In this document: one piece after another, positions 7,967-18,294 of the stretch
How the letters are laid out: every line of letters starts with the position of its first letter
How positions within the stretch are numbered: the first letter of the stretch is position 1
DNA from: Nitrospinota bacterium
GTDB taxonomy: Bacteria; Nitrospinota; Nitrospinia; Nitrospinales; VA-1
Assembly (NCBI GenBank): GCA_038108555.1
Contig: JAYNIA010000026.1
Location: forward strand, 1 to 29,303
Length of the DNA stretch: 29,303 nucleotides
Direction of reading: 5' to 3'
Position numbers and translations under genes: made by a program
The notes under the pieces: model-generated
The model's input: only the letters and a program-made list of their open reading frames with translations
Database searches by the model: none
Told to the model about the DNA's origin: nothing

Positions 7967-9166
7967 ATGAAAAACCAGAAAATTGTGTTGGCAATTTCCG
8001 CAGGAATTGCGGCCTATAAAGCTGTGGAATTGTTAAGAATGCTAGTGAAAGCCGGGGCTGAGGTGAGAGTTGTTATGAGCGCAAATGCCAGCCGGTTTGT
8101 GACTCCCTTAACTCTGGAAGCTCTTTCCGGTCATCCCGTATATCATCAGGTTTTTGATTCAGAAAACTCAGCGGATATGGAACACATCCGTGTGACTGAA
8201 AATGCAGACCTGATGCTGGTGGTTCCTGCCACAGCATCTACTTTAGGAAAAATAGCCAACGGTCTTGCCGACGATGCGTTGAGTAATTTGTTTTTGGCCT
8301 TCAAGGGGCCGGTTATGGTTGCACCTGCCATGAATGAAGGAATGTGGCGCAATCCTGCAGTTCAGGAAAATATTGAAAAGTTAAAATCCCGGGGAGTGGA
8401 ATTCATTGACCCGGAAGAGGGAGAGCTTGCTTGTGGAACCGTTGGACCCGGTCGTCTTGCAGAACTCGAAACCATTTATACAAGGGTCAAAACCCATTTC
8501 GAAAAACTTCAGGATTTAAGCGGATTAAAAATTCTAGTCACAGCGGGGCCCACTCAAGAACCCCTCGATCCGGTCCGGTACCTGTCCAATCCTTCCTCGG
8601 GCAAAATGGGATACGCCATTGCGGAGCAGGCCAAAGAAAGAGGGGCGGAAGTGGTATTGATCAGTGGCCCGACTTATTTAAAACCCCCGGCAGGAGTTAA
8701 TTTCAAATCTTGTAAAACCGCAGCAGAAATGAATAGCCTGGTCCAGGAAAGTTTTCCTGATTGTGATGTGCTGGTGATGTCAGCAGCGGTGGGAGATTTT
8801 ACGGCCGCAAAACTTGAAAAGGAAAAAATTAAAAAGAAAAGTGGGGAAGGGAAAACCCTGAGCTTAGTTCCTACAAAGGATATCCTGATGGAAGTGTCCA
8901 GGATTAAGGACCAGCAATTTGTAGTGGGGTTTGCTGCCGAGACACAAAACCTGGTCCAAAGTGCCTTGGAAAAACTCAGAAACAAGAAACTGGATTTGAT
9001 TGCAGCCAATGATATCAGTGCGCCGGGTATCGGATTTCAATCAGACAACAACCAAATGACACTTATTGATGCCAGCGAAAAAATTGAAAATCTTCCTCGT
9101 ATGAGCAAAAAAGAAATTGCAGGGATCTTGTTGGATAAAATACTCAGGCATTCCCGGAAGAATTAA
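7967..9166 (+). CDS. coaBC: Bifunctional phosphopantothenoylcysteine decarboxylase / phosphopantothenate--cysteine ligase
   Basis: GIAAYKA, PAMN, GELACG..GPGRL, VTAGPTQEPLDPVRYLSNPSSGKMG and VGFAAET motifs. Confidence 0.97.
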   Translation: MKNQKIVLAISAGIAAYKAVELLRMLVKAGAEVRVVMSANASRFVTPLTLEALSGHPVYHQVFDSENSADMEHIRVTENADLMLVVPATASTLGKIANGLADDALSNLFLAFKGPVMVAPAMNEGMWRNPAVQENIEKLKSRGVEFIDPEEGELACGTVGPGRLAELETIYTRVKTHFEKLQDLSGLKILVTAGPTQEPLDPVRYLSNPSSGKMGYAIAEQAKERGAEVVLISGPTYLKPPAGVNFKSCKTAAEMNSLVQESFPDCDVLVMSAAVGDFTAAKLEKEKIKKKSGEGKTLSLVPTKDILMEVSRIKDQQFVVGFAAETQNLVQSALEKLRNKKLDLIAANDISAPGIGFQSDNNQMTLIDASEKIENLPRMSKKEIAGILLDKILRHSRKN

Positions 9167-9204
9167 AGGAATTCACATTAGGCACGCAATAAATGCCACC
9201 CGTG

Positions 9205-9984
9205 CTAACGAGCACAACGGAACCCGATACTTAATGAGCGGTTCCTTGGGGTGGTGGCGTTTCTGTAAACCAGGTCAACATCTTCAGCTTTGTTTCTCCA
9301 GCTTCCTCCACGAATGACTTTATACTGCCCTTTTTCCGGTCCCGGTGGGTTTTCCTTGGGGGAGAATAAATAGTACTCGGGAAAATGCCAGTCGTTCACC
9401 CATTCGGATACATTGCCGGAAAGGTCGTAAAGACCATAATCTGATTTGCCCTTTTCATAGGAGCCGACCGGAGTGGTTTTTTTATTTTACTCATTGTAAT
9501 TGAGTTTGCTGGAGTCGGGAGGGGTGTCTCCCCAGGGATATTTTACCGGGCGTTTGCCGCGTGCGGCTTTTTCCCATTCCGCTTCTGAAGGCAATCGTTT
9601 ATTTTGCCATTTGCAAAACTTCACCGCTTCTTTCCAGGAAATCCCCACCACCGGTTGCCGGGGATTGTTAAAATCGGGATCGTTCCATCCCTTAGGTTTT
9701 TTAGCTCCTGTTTCTTCTATGAATTTTCCATAGGCTTCATTGGTCACTTCGAAAATATCTATATAAAAACTATCCAGATAGACCTCATGGGCGGGATTTT
9801 CCGGTCCAAGAGTGTGCCGGTCGGTGTTGAATAAATCATGGGGTTTTAGTTCCAACATCGACTTTTTGCTTCCCATCATAAAAGGACCTTTTTCAATCAA
9901 TACCATGCCCCTGGGTGCTGAATTGTCAGCATGGGTTGAGAAGGGTAGAAAGGTGAAAAAAAAGAGAAAAAATAAGGGTTTCAT
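9205..9984 (-). pseudogene. Exported FGE-sulfatase/SUMF1-domain protein interrupted by an in-frame TAA at 9489-9487
   Basis: Signal peptide, EVTN, RLPSEAEWEKAARG and YPWG. After the TAA the same frame continues NKKTTPVGSYEKGKSDYGLYDLSGNVSEWVNDW...RGGSW...IGFRCAR. Confidence 0.85.
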
Positions 9985-10089
9985 CGGTTTAGAATATGAT
10001 TTTTAAAGACCGGATTATAGAGAAATCCCGGATTCATAGCAATTACGAATATTAGTTGAAATTTGCCGAATTCTAGGGATCAATGTCAA

Positions 10090-10118
10090 TTGACAGCCTA
10101 GTTTATTAGTACTAGAAT
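10090..10118 (+). promoter_or_regulatory. Near-consensus sigma70 promoter for the 10198 gene
   Basis: TTGACA (10090-10095), 17-nt spacer, TAGAAT (10113-10118). Confidence 0.7.
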
Positions 10119-10197
10119 TTGGCTATCTTGCTAGAAAAAGGTTTTTTTAACTAATTCACTCAGGAAGCCGATAAGGGTTAAAAACCTGGAGTCATAA

Positions 10198-10605
10198 ATG
10201 GATGATAATAAAAAAGAACCCACTGTATTAAAAGGCAATCAGGATACCAAATTATGTCTTAATTGCGGTTTCCCCAACCGTAATACGGATAGCCAGTGCA
10301 TGTATTGCCGTACCAGTCTGATTGAGGACGGTGGGCTGATCAATTGGATCAGGCAAACTTATTATGTCCTTAAATGGCGCTGGCAGCTTAAACAAAAACG
10401 GAGTGATATTGAGAAAACCGAACCCAAAAGGCCATTTTATAGAACGGCAGGTTATTTTTTCCTGGGTATCGCTTTAAGTGGTGTCGGGGTTTTCGTTTTT
10501 ACCAGTGCTGTGGGTCAAAATTCATTTTCCAGCGGCCTGATTGCACTGCTTCTGATTGGCTATGGGGTTTTTACTCTCAAAACTCTTATCAGTGACAAAA
10601 GATAG
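10198..10605 (+). CDS. Hypothetical Zn-ribbon (CxxC-x10-CxxC) protein with two C-terminal TM helices
   Basis: CLNC...CMYC, two hydrophobic segments, and GGAG upstream of the ATG. Confidence 0.75.
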   Translation: MDDNKKEPTVLKGNQDTKLCLNCGFPNRNTDSQCMYCRTSLIEDGGLINWIRQTYYVLKWRWQLKQKRSDIEKTEPKRPFYRTAGYFFLGIALSGVGVFVFTSAVGQNSFSSGLIALLLIGYGVFTLKTLISDKR

Positions 10606-10776
10606 ATTTTTTACATTTACTCCCATCTTTACTGTTTAGTAATTTCTTAATATTTCTCTCCATATTCAAATTCGGATATCTTGCCTTTCCTAAAACAAGT
10701 CTTATAAATAGTTAAATGGGCTTATATTCTAAAAAGAGTGTAACCTGATACAGAAGAATCTTAAATAATAGAGATC

Positions 10777-13257
10777 ATGCAAGACGTGGCGACTGAAAAA
10801 AAGGAAACGTTGACCTTGGCAGTAAAGGGAATGAGTTGCGCAAGTTGTTCGGCCCGAATTGAAAAAAAAGTGGGAGGGCTGGAAGGAGTTTCCTCAGCAA
10901 AAGTAAACTTTGCTGCCGAACTTGCCACAGTAGAGTTTGATCCTGATAAAATTCAACCGGAACAATTTCCTAAAGAGATTAAAAAACTCGGTTTTGATGT
11001 TCCTGCCACACACCAGGTTTTTTCGATAGGAGGCATGACCTGTGCCTCTTGTGTTTCCCGAGTAGAAAAAAAATTATCCTCCCTGCAGGGGGTGTCAGAT
11101 GTAAAAGTCAATCTGGCAACAGAACAGGTATCCTTAGAATATCTACCTTCCCTTGTTAGTTTTGAAACTCTGAAAGAATCCCTATCGCAAGCCGGTTACC
11201 AATTATTTCCTCCTAAAGAAATTGACAGTTTGTCTTTCGATGAGGAAGAACGACAGAAAAATGAGCAGGCAGTTTTAAAAAGGAAGCTGATCTTCAGTGG
11301 GGTTGTCAGTATTCTGGTGATGTTTCTCGGCATGAAAGGGGAGGGGATTAAAATTCCTTTTTCTTTAAATATATTGCTATTAATTTTAGCGACTCCGGTT
11401 CAGTTTTATTGCGGTTGGCAGTTTTATCGTGGTGCCTGGAATGGAATGCGACATGGCTACGCTGATATGAATACCCTGATTGCTGTCGGAACATCTGCAG
11501 CTTATTTTTACAGCTCCGTGGCGGCTATCTTTCCGTCTTCTATTCGTATTGCAGATGAAAAGGTTGCGGTTTACTTTGACACATCCATCATGATTATTAC
11601 TTTGGTTTTGCTGGGTAGGTGGATGGAGTCCCGAGCCAAACAAAGTGCCTCGAATGCGATTAAGAAACTGGTACAGATGCAACCCAAAATTGCAAAAGTA
11701 AAAAGGGAAGGAAAGGAACAGGAGATCAATATTGCGGACCTTGTTTTAGGAGACCGGGTATATGTTCATCCGGGAGAACAGATTCCGGTAGATGGTGAAA
11801 TATTTGAAGGCAGTTCATCGGTGGACGAATCTATGTTGACCGGAGAGAGTGTTCCCGTTGAAAAATCTAACGGGGATGAGGTTTTTGGAGCCACTTTCAA
11901 TAAGACCGGGTTTTTTAAGATGAAGGTAACCCGATTGGGTCAAGATACCACTTTGGCCCAGATCATAAAACTGGTTGAGGAAGCGCAGGGATCAAAAGCC
12001 CCGGTTCAAAAACTGGCAGATAAGATTGCGGGAGTTTTTGTGCCCTCTGTAATAGGTCTGGCAATCGTTTCATTTTTATTTTGGTGGATTTTTGGAAGTT
12101 CCGTAGCGGAAATTCCGACCTCAGAATTTTCTTTTGCTCTTATGGCTTTTATTTCTGTTCTGATCATTGCCTGTCCCTGTGCGTTGGGGCTGGCCACTCC
12201 AACCGCCATCATGGTGGGAACTGGTCGCGGTGCTAAGATGGGGGTTTTGATAAAGGGGGGAGAAGTTCTGGAACGTGCAGAAAAAATCGATACGATTATT
12301 TTCGATAAAACGGGAACTCTCACCTATGGAAAACCCGAAGTTGCTGATGTTCTTCTTGCCCATGGAGTCCAATGCGATGCGGACGAACTACTTACGATCG
12401 CGGGATCTTTGGAGAAAGGATCAGAGCATCCCCTTGCAATGGCGGTGACAGCAGAAGCAAAAAGAAGGAAATTGAAACTGGATACCCCGGAAAACTTTCG
12501 TGCCTTACCTGGGTTTGGGGTTGAGGGAATTGTATCGGGGAAAAAAGTTTTACTGGGTAACAAGGCTTTAATGATAGAAAACAAAGTTGATATCTCTTCT
12601 ATTGAAGATCAGTTGATCAAGTTGACAGAGAAGGGAAAAACTCCCATGATCGTTTGTGTCGACAATCAAGTAAGTGGCCTAATTGCCACCACCGATGCAT
12701 TAAAACCGTTTGCAAAAGAAAATGTGTTGCGGTTAAAACAAATGGGATTGGAAGTTATCATGTTGACAGGGGATAATTCGAGAACGGCTCAGGCGGTTGC
12801 CGATCAATTGGGAATTGAGAGGACTGTATCTGAGGTATTACCCTCCGAAAAAGTTGCTGAAGTTGAAAGGGTAAAACAATCCGGTCACTGTGTAGCCATG
12901 GTGGGGGATGGAATCAATGACGCCCCCGCTCTGGTTTCGGCAGATATTGGAATTGCCATGGGAAGTGGCACGGATGTCGCCATGGAGGCTTCGGATATCA
13001 CGCTGGTGGGATCAGATCTAAAATCTGTGGTAGATTCCATTGAATTGAGTAAAGCCACCATGTCAAAAATAAGGCAAAACCTTTTCTGGGCTTTTATCTA
13101 TAATATTGTGGGTATCCCCATTGCAGCGGGGTTGTTGTATCCTGCTTATGGCATTCTTTTGCAGCCTGTTTTCGCAGCTGCAGCAATGTCTATGAGTTCT
13201 GTGTCTGTAGTCGGAAACTCCCTTTTTCTGAACAAATTTAATACCGTCAGCTCCTAA
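10777..13257 (+). CDS. copA: Cu(I)-translocating P1B-1 type ATPase
   Basis: Two HMA domains (GMSCASC, GMTCASC), [24 protein letters not shown] and MSMSS. Confidence 0.93.
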   Translation: MQDVATEKKETLTLAVKGMSCASCSARIEKKVGGLEGVSSAKVNFAAELATVEFDPDKIQPEQFPKEIKKLGFDVPATHQVFSIGGMTCASCVSRVEKKLSSLQGVSDVKVNLATEQVSLEYLPSLVSFETLKESLSQAGYQLFPPKEIDSLSFDEEERQKNEQAVLKRKLIFSGVVSILVMFLGMKGEGIKIPFSLNILLLILATPVQFYCGWQFYRGAWNGMRHGYADMNTLIAVGTSAAYFYSSVAAIFPSSIRIADEKVAVYFDTSIMIITLVLLGRWMESRAKQSASNAIKKLVQMQPKIAKVKREGKEQEINIADLVLGDRVYVHPGEQIPVDGEIFEGSSSVDESMLTGESVPVEKSNGDEVFGATFNKTGFFKMKVTRLGQDTTLAQIIKLVEEAQGSKAPVQKLADKIAGVFVPSVIGLAIVSFLFWWIFGSSVAEIPTSEFSFALMAFISVLIIACPCALGLATPTAIMVGTGRGAKMGVLIKGGEVLERAEKIDTIIFDKTGTLTYGKPEVADVLLAHGVQCDADELLTIAGSLEKGSEHPLAMAVTAEAKRRKLKLDTPENFRALPGFGVEGIVSGKKVLLGNKALMIENKVDISSIEDQLIKLTEKGKTPMIVCVDNQVSGLIATTDALKPFAKENVLRLKQMGLEVIMLTGDNSRTAQAVADQLGIERTVSEVLPSEKVAEVERVKQSGHCVAMVGDGINDAPALVSADIGIAMGSGTDVAMEASDITLVGSDLKSVVDSIELSKATMSKIRQNLFWAFIYNIVGIPIAAGLLYPAYGILLQPVFAAAAMSMSSVSVVGNSLFLNKFNTVSS

Positions 13258-13289
13258 CTGACCTGTTTTTTGAAACCCAAAGGTCAATT

Positions 13290-14438
13290 GTGAAATCCCT
13301 TCGACCGTTTCTATTTTCTGCCATCATTGTTATTGGTTTTTTTGGTTTCATTGAAACCTTTTTGCATTTGTCCGGATTTCAGCCGACCATTTCTTATAAA
13401 AAAATTTCTATACCAGCCTGGATGGGTGAGTTTGATCCCATTGTGCTGGCAAAATATCAAAAATTCATTTCCGATTATAAATACATAAATGAAGATGCAT
13501 ATGCGTATCAACCTGATTTGCGCTACGACTATTTATTGAAACCTGGCTTAAATTTATCGGTTTCAAATTATTCCTCATCTGTTTTTATTGACAAACTTCC
13601 AGCTTGGACGATTGCGTCCGACTCCCAGGGAAACCGTATTTCAGCAGAGAACCCCGATGAAAATGGAATAAACAAAGAAGGGAAAACGATTCATGTTCTT
13701 GGGGATTCAAGTAGCTTTGGCTGGGGAGTTAACTTTGAAGAATCTTACCCGCAACAACTTGCTTCAAAACTATCTCAATTTCGCATTACTTCCAGGGTGG
13801 TCATTAAAAACTACTCGACTCCGGGATTCAGTTCTTTTCAGGGAAGGCTGTTGCTGGAAGATAAAGTGGAAATAAAAAGAGGAGATATTGCATTGGTCTC
13901 TTTTGGTTTTAATGATTCCTATGAATCAATGAAGCCAGATCGGGAATATTTTCAAAACAGAAACTCGCTACCTGGAAAAATATCCTGGTATTTGAACCGC
14001 TTGTTAATGGTAAGAGGATTGAGAGCTTTCTTTCATTCCTTTCGAATTCCAATAGTTCTGGAAACAGATAATCGTCGAGTATCGTTGAGTGAATATCGGG
14101 AGAATCTGGGATATATTTTCAGCAAGGTTCTTAAAAATGGAGGGAAGCCTCTATTCGTTAATATATGTAATGGTGAACAGTATAGTGAAGTCGCTGAGAA
14201 AGTTTCTAAAAACTTTAAAATTCCATTTTTTAATTTCCCTGAAGAATTTAAACCTTATTTGTCAAAGGTGCATGATATCTATCCAGAAAAGTTTGTGGCC
14301 TACTATGAGGCATATGGAGATCTGATGGAAAAGAAACCCCAACTTGCATTTTTGTTTCCTGATTATTGCCATCCTAATGCTATTGGGCATCGGCTCATTG
14401 CGGATGTTATTCTTAAGGAGAGAGATGCTTTTAAATGA
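13290..14438 (+). CDS. SGNH/GDSL hydrolase family protein with an N-terminal membrane anchor
   Basis: Blocks VLGDS, GFND and DYCHPN, plus a hydrophobic N-terminus. Confidence 0.85.
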   Translation: MKSLRPFLFSAIIVIGFFGFIETFLHLSGFQPTISYKKISIPAWMGEFDPIVLAKYQKFISDYKYINEDAYAYQPDLRYDYLLKPGLNLSVSNYSSSVFIDKLPAWTIASDSQGNRISAENPDENGINKEGKTIHVLGDSSSFGWGVNFEESYPQQLASKLSQFRITSRVVIKNYSTPGFSSFQGRLLLEDKVEIKRGDIALVSFGFNDSYESMKPDREYFQNRNSLPGKISWYLNRLLMVRGLRAFFHSFRIPIVLETDNRRVSLSEYRENLGYIFSKVLKNGGKPLFVNICNGEQYSEVAEKVSKNFKIPFFNFPEEFKPYLSKVHDIYPEKFVAYYEAYGDLMEKKPQLAFLFPDYCHPNAIGHRLIADVILKERDAFK

Positions 14439-14465
14439 GTTTTATTATTTAGGCAGGTGCGCGGG

Positions 14466-16220
14466 TTAACGATCAAAGCCGGAAACTAAAACTTCCCTGT
14501 TGTATGCAGCTACCACTTCACCTCGATTAACCATTCCCAATACCCGTTTTTCATCATTTTGAGCAACCACAGGAAGTTGCTCAACATCCAACTGGGCAAA
14601 TAATTCCATGGCCTGATTTAAGTTGTTATCGGGAGTGAGTGATTTTACGGGTTTGACCGAAAGGTCATTGGCAACAACGAGGTCTCCCAGATCTTCTTCG
14701 AAAATCATTTCCCGCACCATATGGAATGAGAGGATTCCTGACATTTCTCCCTGATCGTTGACCACAGGGAAATAAAAGTTTTTAGAATAGGAGATCGTTT
14801 CGAGAACTTTTCTAAAGGGCATTCCTTCGGGGATGTTAGTGACTTCCTTGTTCATGACTTCACTGACCTTGATCGAATTCAGGATAGAAACTTCCCGCCC
14901 ATGCTGGATATTGATTCCCTCTTTAAGGAGCTTTTGAATGTAAATTGAATTTTTAGTGAATCCCCGAAAAGTTTGAGCAGAAACAATGCAAGTAATCATT
15001 ATGGGAAGAATGATGGTGTAGTCGTTGGTGAGCTCAAAGAGCATTAGAATATTAGTCAAAGGGGCTTGCATGACAGCACCCGCAACGGCTCCCATCCCGA
15101 CCAGGGCGTAAGTTTCTGGTGAGGCTGTCAGGTTGGGACTAATCCCATGCACCATGGCACCAAATGCAGAGCCGAGCATTGCGCCTATAAAAAGGGAGGG
15201 AGCAAAAACCCCTCCTAATCCACCTGATCCCAGTGTTACCGAGGTGCTGAAAATTTTCAGAAAAATGAGTATAAAAGCCATTCCCCACAGCAATTCCCCG
15301 GACAAGGCTTTTTCCATGAATTCATAACCGTTACCTAAAATTGCCGGGAATCCGATGGAGATCAATCCTACAATCAATCCCCCTAGCGCTGGTTTTAGGG
15401 GTTTTGGAATATGGACTTTTTCATCAAAAAATTCATGCGATTTGAAATAAAACGAAGTGAACAATTTTGAAACCAGGCCACAGAGAAGCCCAAGGAACAA
15501 ATAGAAAACTATTTCTGAATAGCTTACTAATTCGTGGACGGGAACTTGAAACGTGATTTCATTTCCTTCCAGAGCTCGTCCGGTTGCCGTCCCGATTACG
15601 GATGCAACAATGATGGGGCTGAAAGTGTGGATGGCAAAATCGCCAAGGATTATTTCCAGAGAAAATAAAACTCCGGCTAGAGGAGCATTGAAGGATGCAG
15701 CAATTCCGGCTGCGGCACCACAACCGACCAGGACTCTCACTCTTTCTCGGGAAAGGTGGAATAGGTTACCCAGCGCTGATCCCACAGCAGAACCGATCTG
15801 GACCGTGGGGCCTTCACGACCGGCTGAACCGCCCGAGCCAATGGTTAATGCCGAGGTGGTGGAACAGGTAAGAAGGGTCCGCTTGCGAATCTTTCCCGCT
15901 TTTAAGGCCACTGCGTGCATAACCCGGTGAACTCCGTTTTCCTTCACCGCATCCGGAAAAAAATGACATATGGTGCCAGTAATAATTCCCCCGAACATCG
16001 GCATAAGAGGTAAAAAAAAAGGCAGAGCCGTTCCTGTAATACCCAACCAGGAGAGTCCTTCCACAGAAAAGACGAGGCCAAAAAAATCAATCATCCAACG
16101 AAACGCTGTGGAAGCAAAACCCGACAGAAAACCAATTATCGCAGCAAGAATCAGCATGTTGTGATCCTGCATTAAATAGGCTTTGATTTTTTCTCTGATT
16201 ACTTCCATTTTTGATTCCAC
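14466..16220 (-). CDS. ClC-family anion channel/transporter with a C-terminal CBS pair
   Basis: GREGP, FNAPLAG, GGVFAP and SIY motifs, many TM helices, and two CBS domains. Confidence 0.93.
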   Translation of the reverse strand: MESKMEVIREKIKAYLMQDHNMLILAAIIGFLSGFASTAFRWMIDFFGLVFSVEGLSWLGITGTALPFFLPLMPMFGGIITGTICHFFPDAVKENGVHRVMHAVALKAGKIRKRTLLTCSTTSALTIGSGGSAGREGPTVQIGSAVGSALGNLFHLSRERVRVLVGCGAAAGIAASFNAPLAGVLFSLEIILGDFAIHTFSPIIVASVIGTATGRALEGNEITFQVPVHELVSYSEIVFYLFLGLLCGLVSKLFTSFYFKSHEFFDEKVHIPKPLKPALGGLIVGLISIGFPAILGNGYEFMEKALSGELLWGMAFILIFLKIFSTSVTLGSGGLGGVFAPSLFIGAMLGSAFGAMVHGISPNLTASPETYALVGMGAVAGAVMQAPLTNILMLFELTNDYTIILPIMITCIVSAQTFRGFTKNSIYIQKLLKEGINIQHGREVSILNSIKVSEVMNKEVTNIPEGMPFRKVLETISYSKNFYFPVVNDQGEMSGILSFHMVREMIFEEDLGDLVVANDLSVKPVKSLTPDNNLNQAMELFAQLDVEQLPVVAQNDEKRVLGMVNRGEVVAAYNREVLVSGFDR

Positions 16221-16359
16221 AATTCTATTTTGGCTTGAGGGTAAAGCCTTCTATTATAAAGAAAGTCCCTTTTGATAACCATTGTATTATATAGGGACAG
16301 CCATCGGGCTTTATGTTATGCTTCTGCGAATTTAGGTTAGAACCAGAGGAACTCATTTT

Positions 16360-17025
16360 ATGGCACAGGAAAATCCGGAAGTAATCATTGCTCCCTCCAT
16401 ACTTTCTGCTGATTTCGGTCGACTCAATGATGAAGTGAAGGCCGTCGAGCAGGCCGGGGCAGATTGGATTCATGTAGATGTTATGGATGGCCACTTTGTT
16501 CCAAACATTACCATTGGGCCGGCGGTGGTAGAGTCTGTTCGTAAATCCACCGAACTGCCGCTGGATGTCCATTTGATGATCGAAAATGCGGATTGCTATA
16601 TAAAAGACTTTGCCAGTGCAGGTGCGGATATAATCACCGTACATGTTGAAGCTTGTCCGCACTTAAACCGCACCCTGCAACTTATCAAGGAACAAGAGAT
16701 TCGAGCCGGGGTGGTACTTAATCCAGCCACACCTCTTTCGTCACTGGAAGAAGTTCTTCATGAAATCGATATGGTTTTATTGATGTCCGTAAACCCAGGT
16801 TTTGGTGGGCAGAAGTTTATCCCATCCATGCTGGATAAAATTCAAAACCTGAACGATGTTATGGCGCATTATGACCATCCGATTGAGTTGGAAGTGGATG
16901 GAGGCATAAAAGCTGAAAATGCAGGAGATATTAAGCAGGCGGGTGCCAGTGTGCTGGTTGCCGGTTCGGCTATTTTCAACGCAGAGGATTACAAAGATGC
17001 CATTAGTTCTTTGCGCGAAGCCTAG
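16360..17025 (+). CDS. rpe: Ribulose-phosphate 3-epimerase
   Basis: [40 protein letters not shown] and VAGSA motifs. GAGG upstream. Confidence 0.97.
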   Translation: MAQENPEVIIAPSILSADFGRLNDEVKAVEQAGADWIHVDVMDGHFVPNITIGPAVVESVRKSTELPLDVHLMIENADCYIKDFASAGADIITVHVEACPHLNRTLQLIKEQEIRAGVVLNPATPLSSLEEVLHEIDMVLLMSVNPGFGGQKFIPSMLDKIQNLNDVMAHYDHPIELEVDGGIKAENAGDIKQAGASVLVAGSAIFNAEDYKDAISSLREA

Positions 17026-17032
17026 GCGTCAG

Positions 17033-17932
17033 CTAGAAATTTTGTTTGGAAGGATCTTTTTTAGGTTCTTCTTTTTTGGGGGACAGGTCGTAACCCAATG
17101 AAAGCTCCATGGCTTTCTCAAACTCTTTTTCTGCATCGGCTTGTTTGTCCTGAGCCCAAAAAACTGTTCCCAAACCGTTGTGAAGGTCAGGAGATTCCGG
17201 AGCCACTTTTAAAGCATGTTTGAATGTTTTTTCTGCTTTTCTCAAACTATTTTGCTCTTTAAACAAACTTCCCAGATTATAATAAATCTTCCCATCGGTA
17301 GGTCTTAGGGTTAGAGCCTTTTTAAACTTTTCCTCTGCCTCGCGATAATTCTTTTGTTCAAAGTAAAGGATTCCCAAGTGATTGTGAGTGTCTGCATCGT
17401 AGGGGAATTTTTTTAAAGCCTCCTCAAACCGTACCGTCGCAATTTTGTCAAAGCCCAGGCTGGAAAAAACCATCCCAGTGATATTGCTAAGGGCAGCATC
17501 CACCTGTTTGTTTTGGGGATTCAAATGCAGGCCTGAATATGCAAGGTCAAGGGCCTGATCAATATTGTTCAGTTCATATTCCCGGCTGGCCAGAATCAGA
17601 AAATCTTCCGGGGATTTTTTGTTGAAGGGACGGGTTTGAGCTTCTTCAATTAATTTCTCAGCTTGTTTTTTTAATTCCGGGGTAACCTGATTCTGATAAA
17701 GTTTGACCGCTATCAGGCTTTCCTGTTCGTCGGGAATGTGCCTGGCGCCTTTTTGCGCAACACTTCCCTGGCCCATTATTCCGCCTTGAGGATGAACGGA
17801 AATAGCAGCGACAATAATGAGTGTGCCGAGACACATCGCAGTAATCCGGATACGCGTTCTGTGATGTGAAAACAGTCCGCGATAGACCAGCAATCCACCA
17901 AAAAGTATTGCGATTAGAATTTCTAAATTCAT
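17033..17932 (-). CDS. Membrane-anchored TPR protein (likely start ATG 17932)
   Basis: Two N-terminal hydrophobic segments and C-terminal TPRs (HNHLG, YYNLG, HNGLG). The ORF-track TTG start at 18019 coincides with a -35 box. Confidence 0.8.
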   Translation of the reverse strand: MNLEILIAILFGGLLVYRGLFSHHRTRIRITAMCLGTLIIVAAISVHPQGGIMGQGSVAQKGARHIPDEQESLIAVKLYQNQVTPELKKQAEKLIEEAQTRPFNKKSPEDFLILASREYELNNIDQALDLAYSGLHLNPQNKQVDAALSNITGMVFSSLGFDKIATVRFEEALKKFPYDADTHNHLGILYFEQKNYREAEEKFKKALTLRPTDGKIYYNLGSLFKEQNSLRKAEKTFKHALKVAPESPDLHNGLGTVFWAQDKQADAEKEFEKAMELSLGYDLSPKKEEPKKDPSKQNF

Positions 17933-17990
17933 TTCCCTAGGAAGATAAATAAATTTTTTGTATTTATAAATTCTACAAAATTTTGATAAT

Positions 17991-18019
17991 AATGTAAATC
18001 TATAATTCTTGCTTGTCAA
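17991..18019 (-). promoter_or_regulatory. Putative sigma70 promoter for the TPR gene
   Basis: Minus strand TTGACA (18019-18014), 17-nt spacer, TACATT (17996-17991). Confidence 0.55.
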
Positions 18020-18294
18020 TAATTTAGTATTGATTTAACTATACATAGTTCGATGCATATTTAAAGGTTTTCATTTACACTATAATTGGAAAGTGGATTG
18101 TATGCGTAATTCATTGGTTTTTCTTTTGTAATCCATCAAAAGCAGGTATTTTTTAGTGATTTAATACTATTCCTCTTGTGTTTGGCAGCTAAAAAAGGAT
18201 AAACTTAGAAAAATCAATAGAATCTCAACAAATCTAGTTCTGGCCGAGCTGAAGACCGGGGCTGCTTCTTATATTATTGCGGAGGGTACATATT

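Noticed and set aside
10606..10776. CueR/CsoR operator upstream of copA
   Set aside because: There is no 19-bp-spacer promoter with a dyad and no C/G-tract palindrome. Only a weak TTGCCT-16-TATAAA is visible.
16265..16298. GTCCCT...AGGGAC inverted repeat between the ClC gene and rpe (possible fluoride riboswitch or operator)
   Set aside because: Only 6 bp pair cleanly, no fluoride-riboswitch consensus is recognisable, and the ClC lacks the CLC-F GNNLI/GREGT motifs.
16225..16662. 145-aa minus-strand ORF
   Set aside because: It is the antisense shadow of rpe and has no motif.
17985..18003. Fur-box-like GATAATAAT
   Set aside because: Only about half the consensus matches, in very AT-rich DNA.
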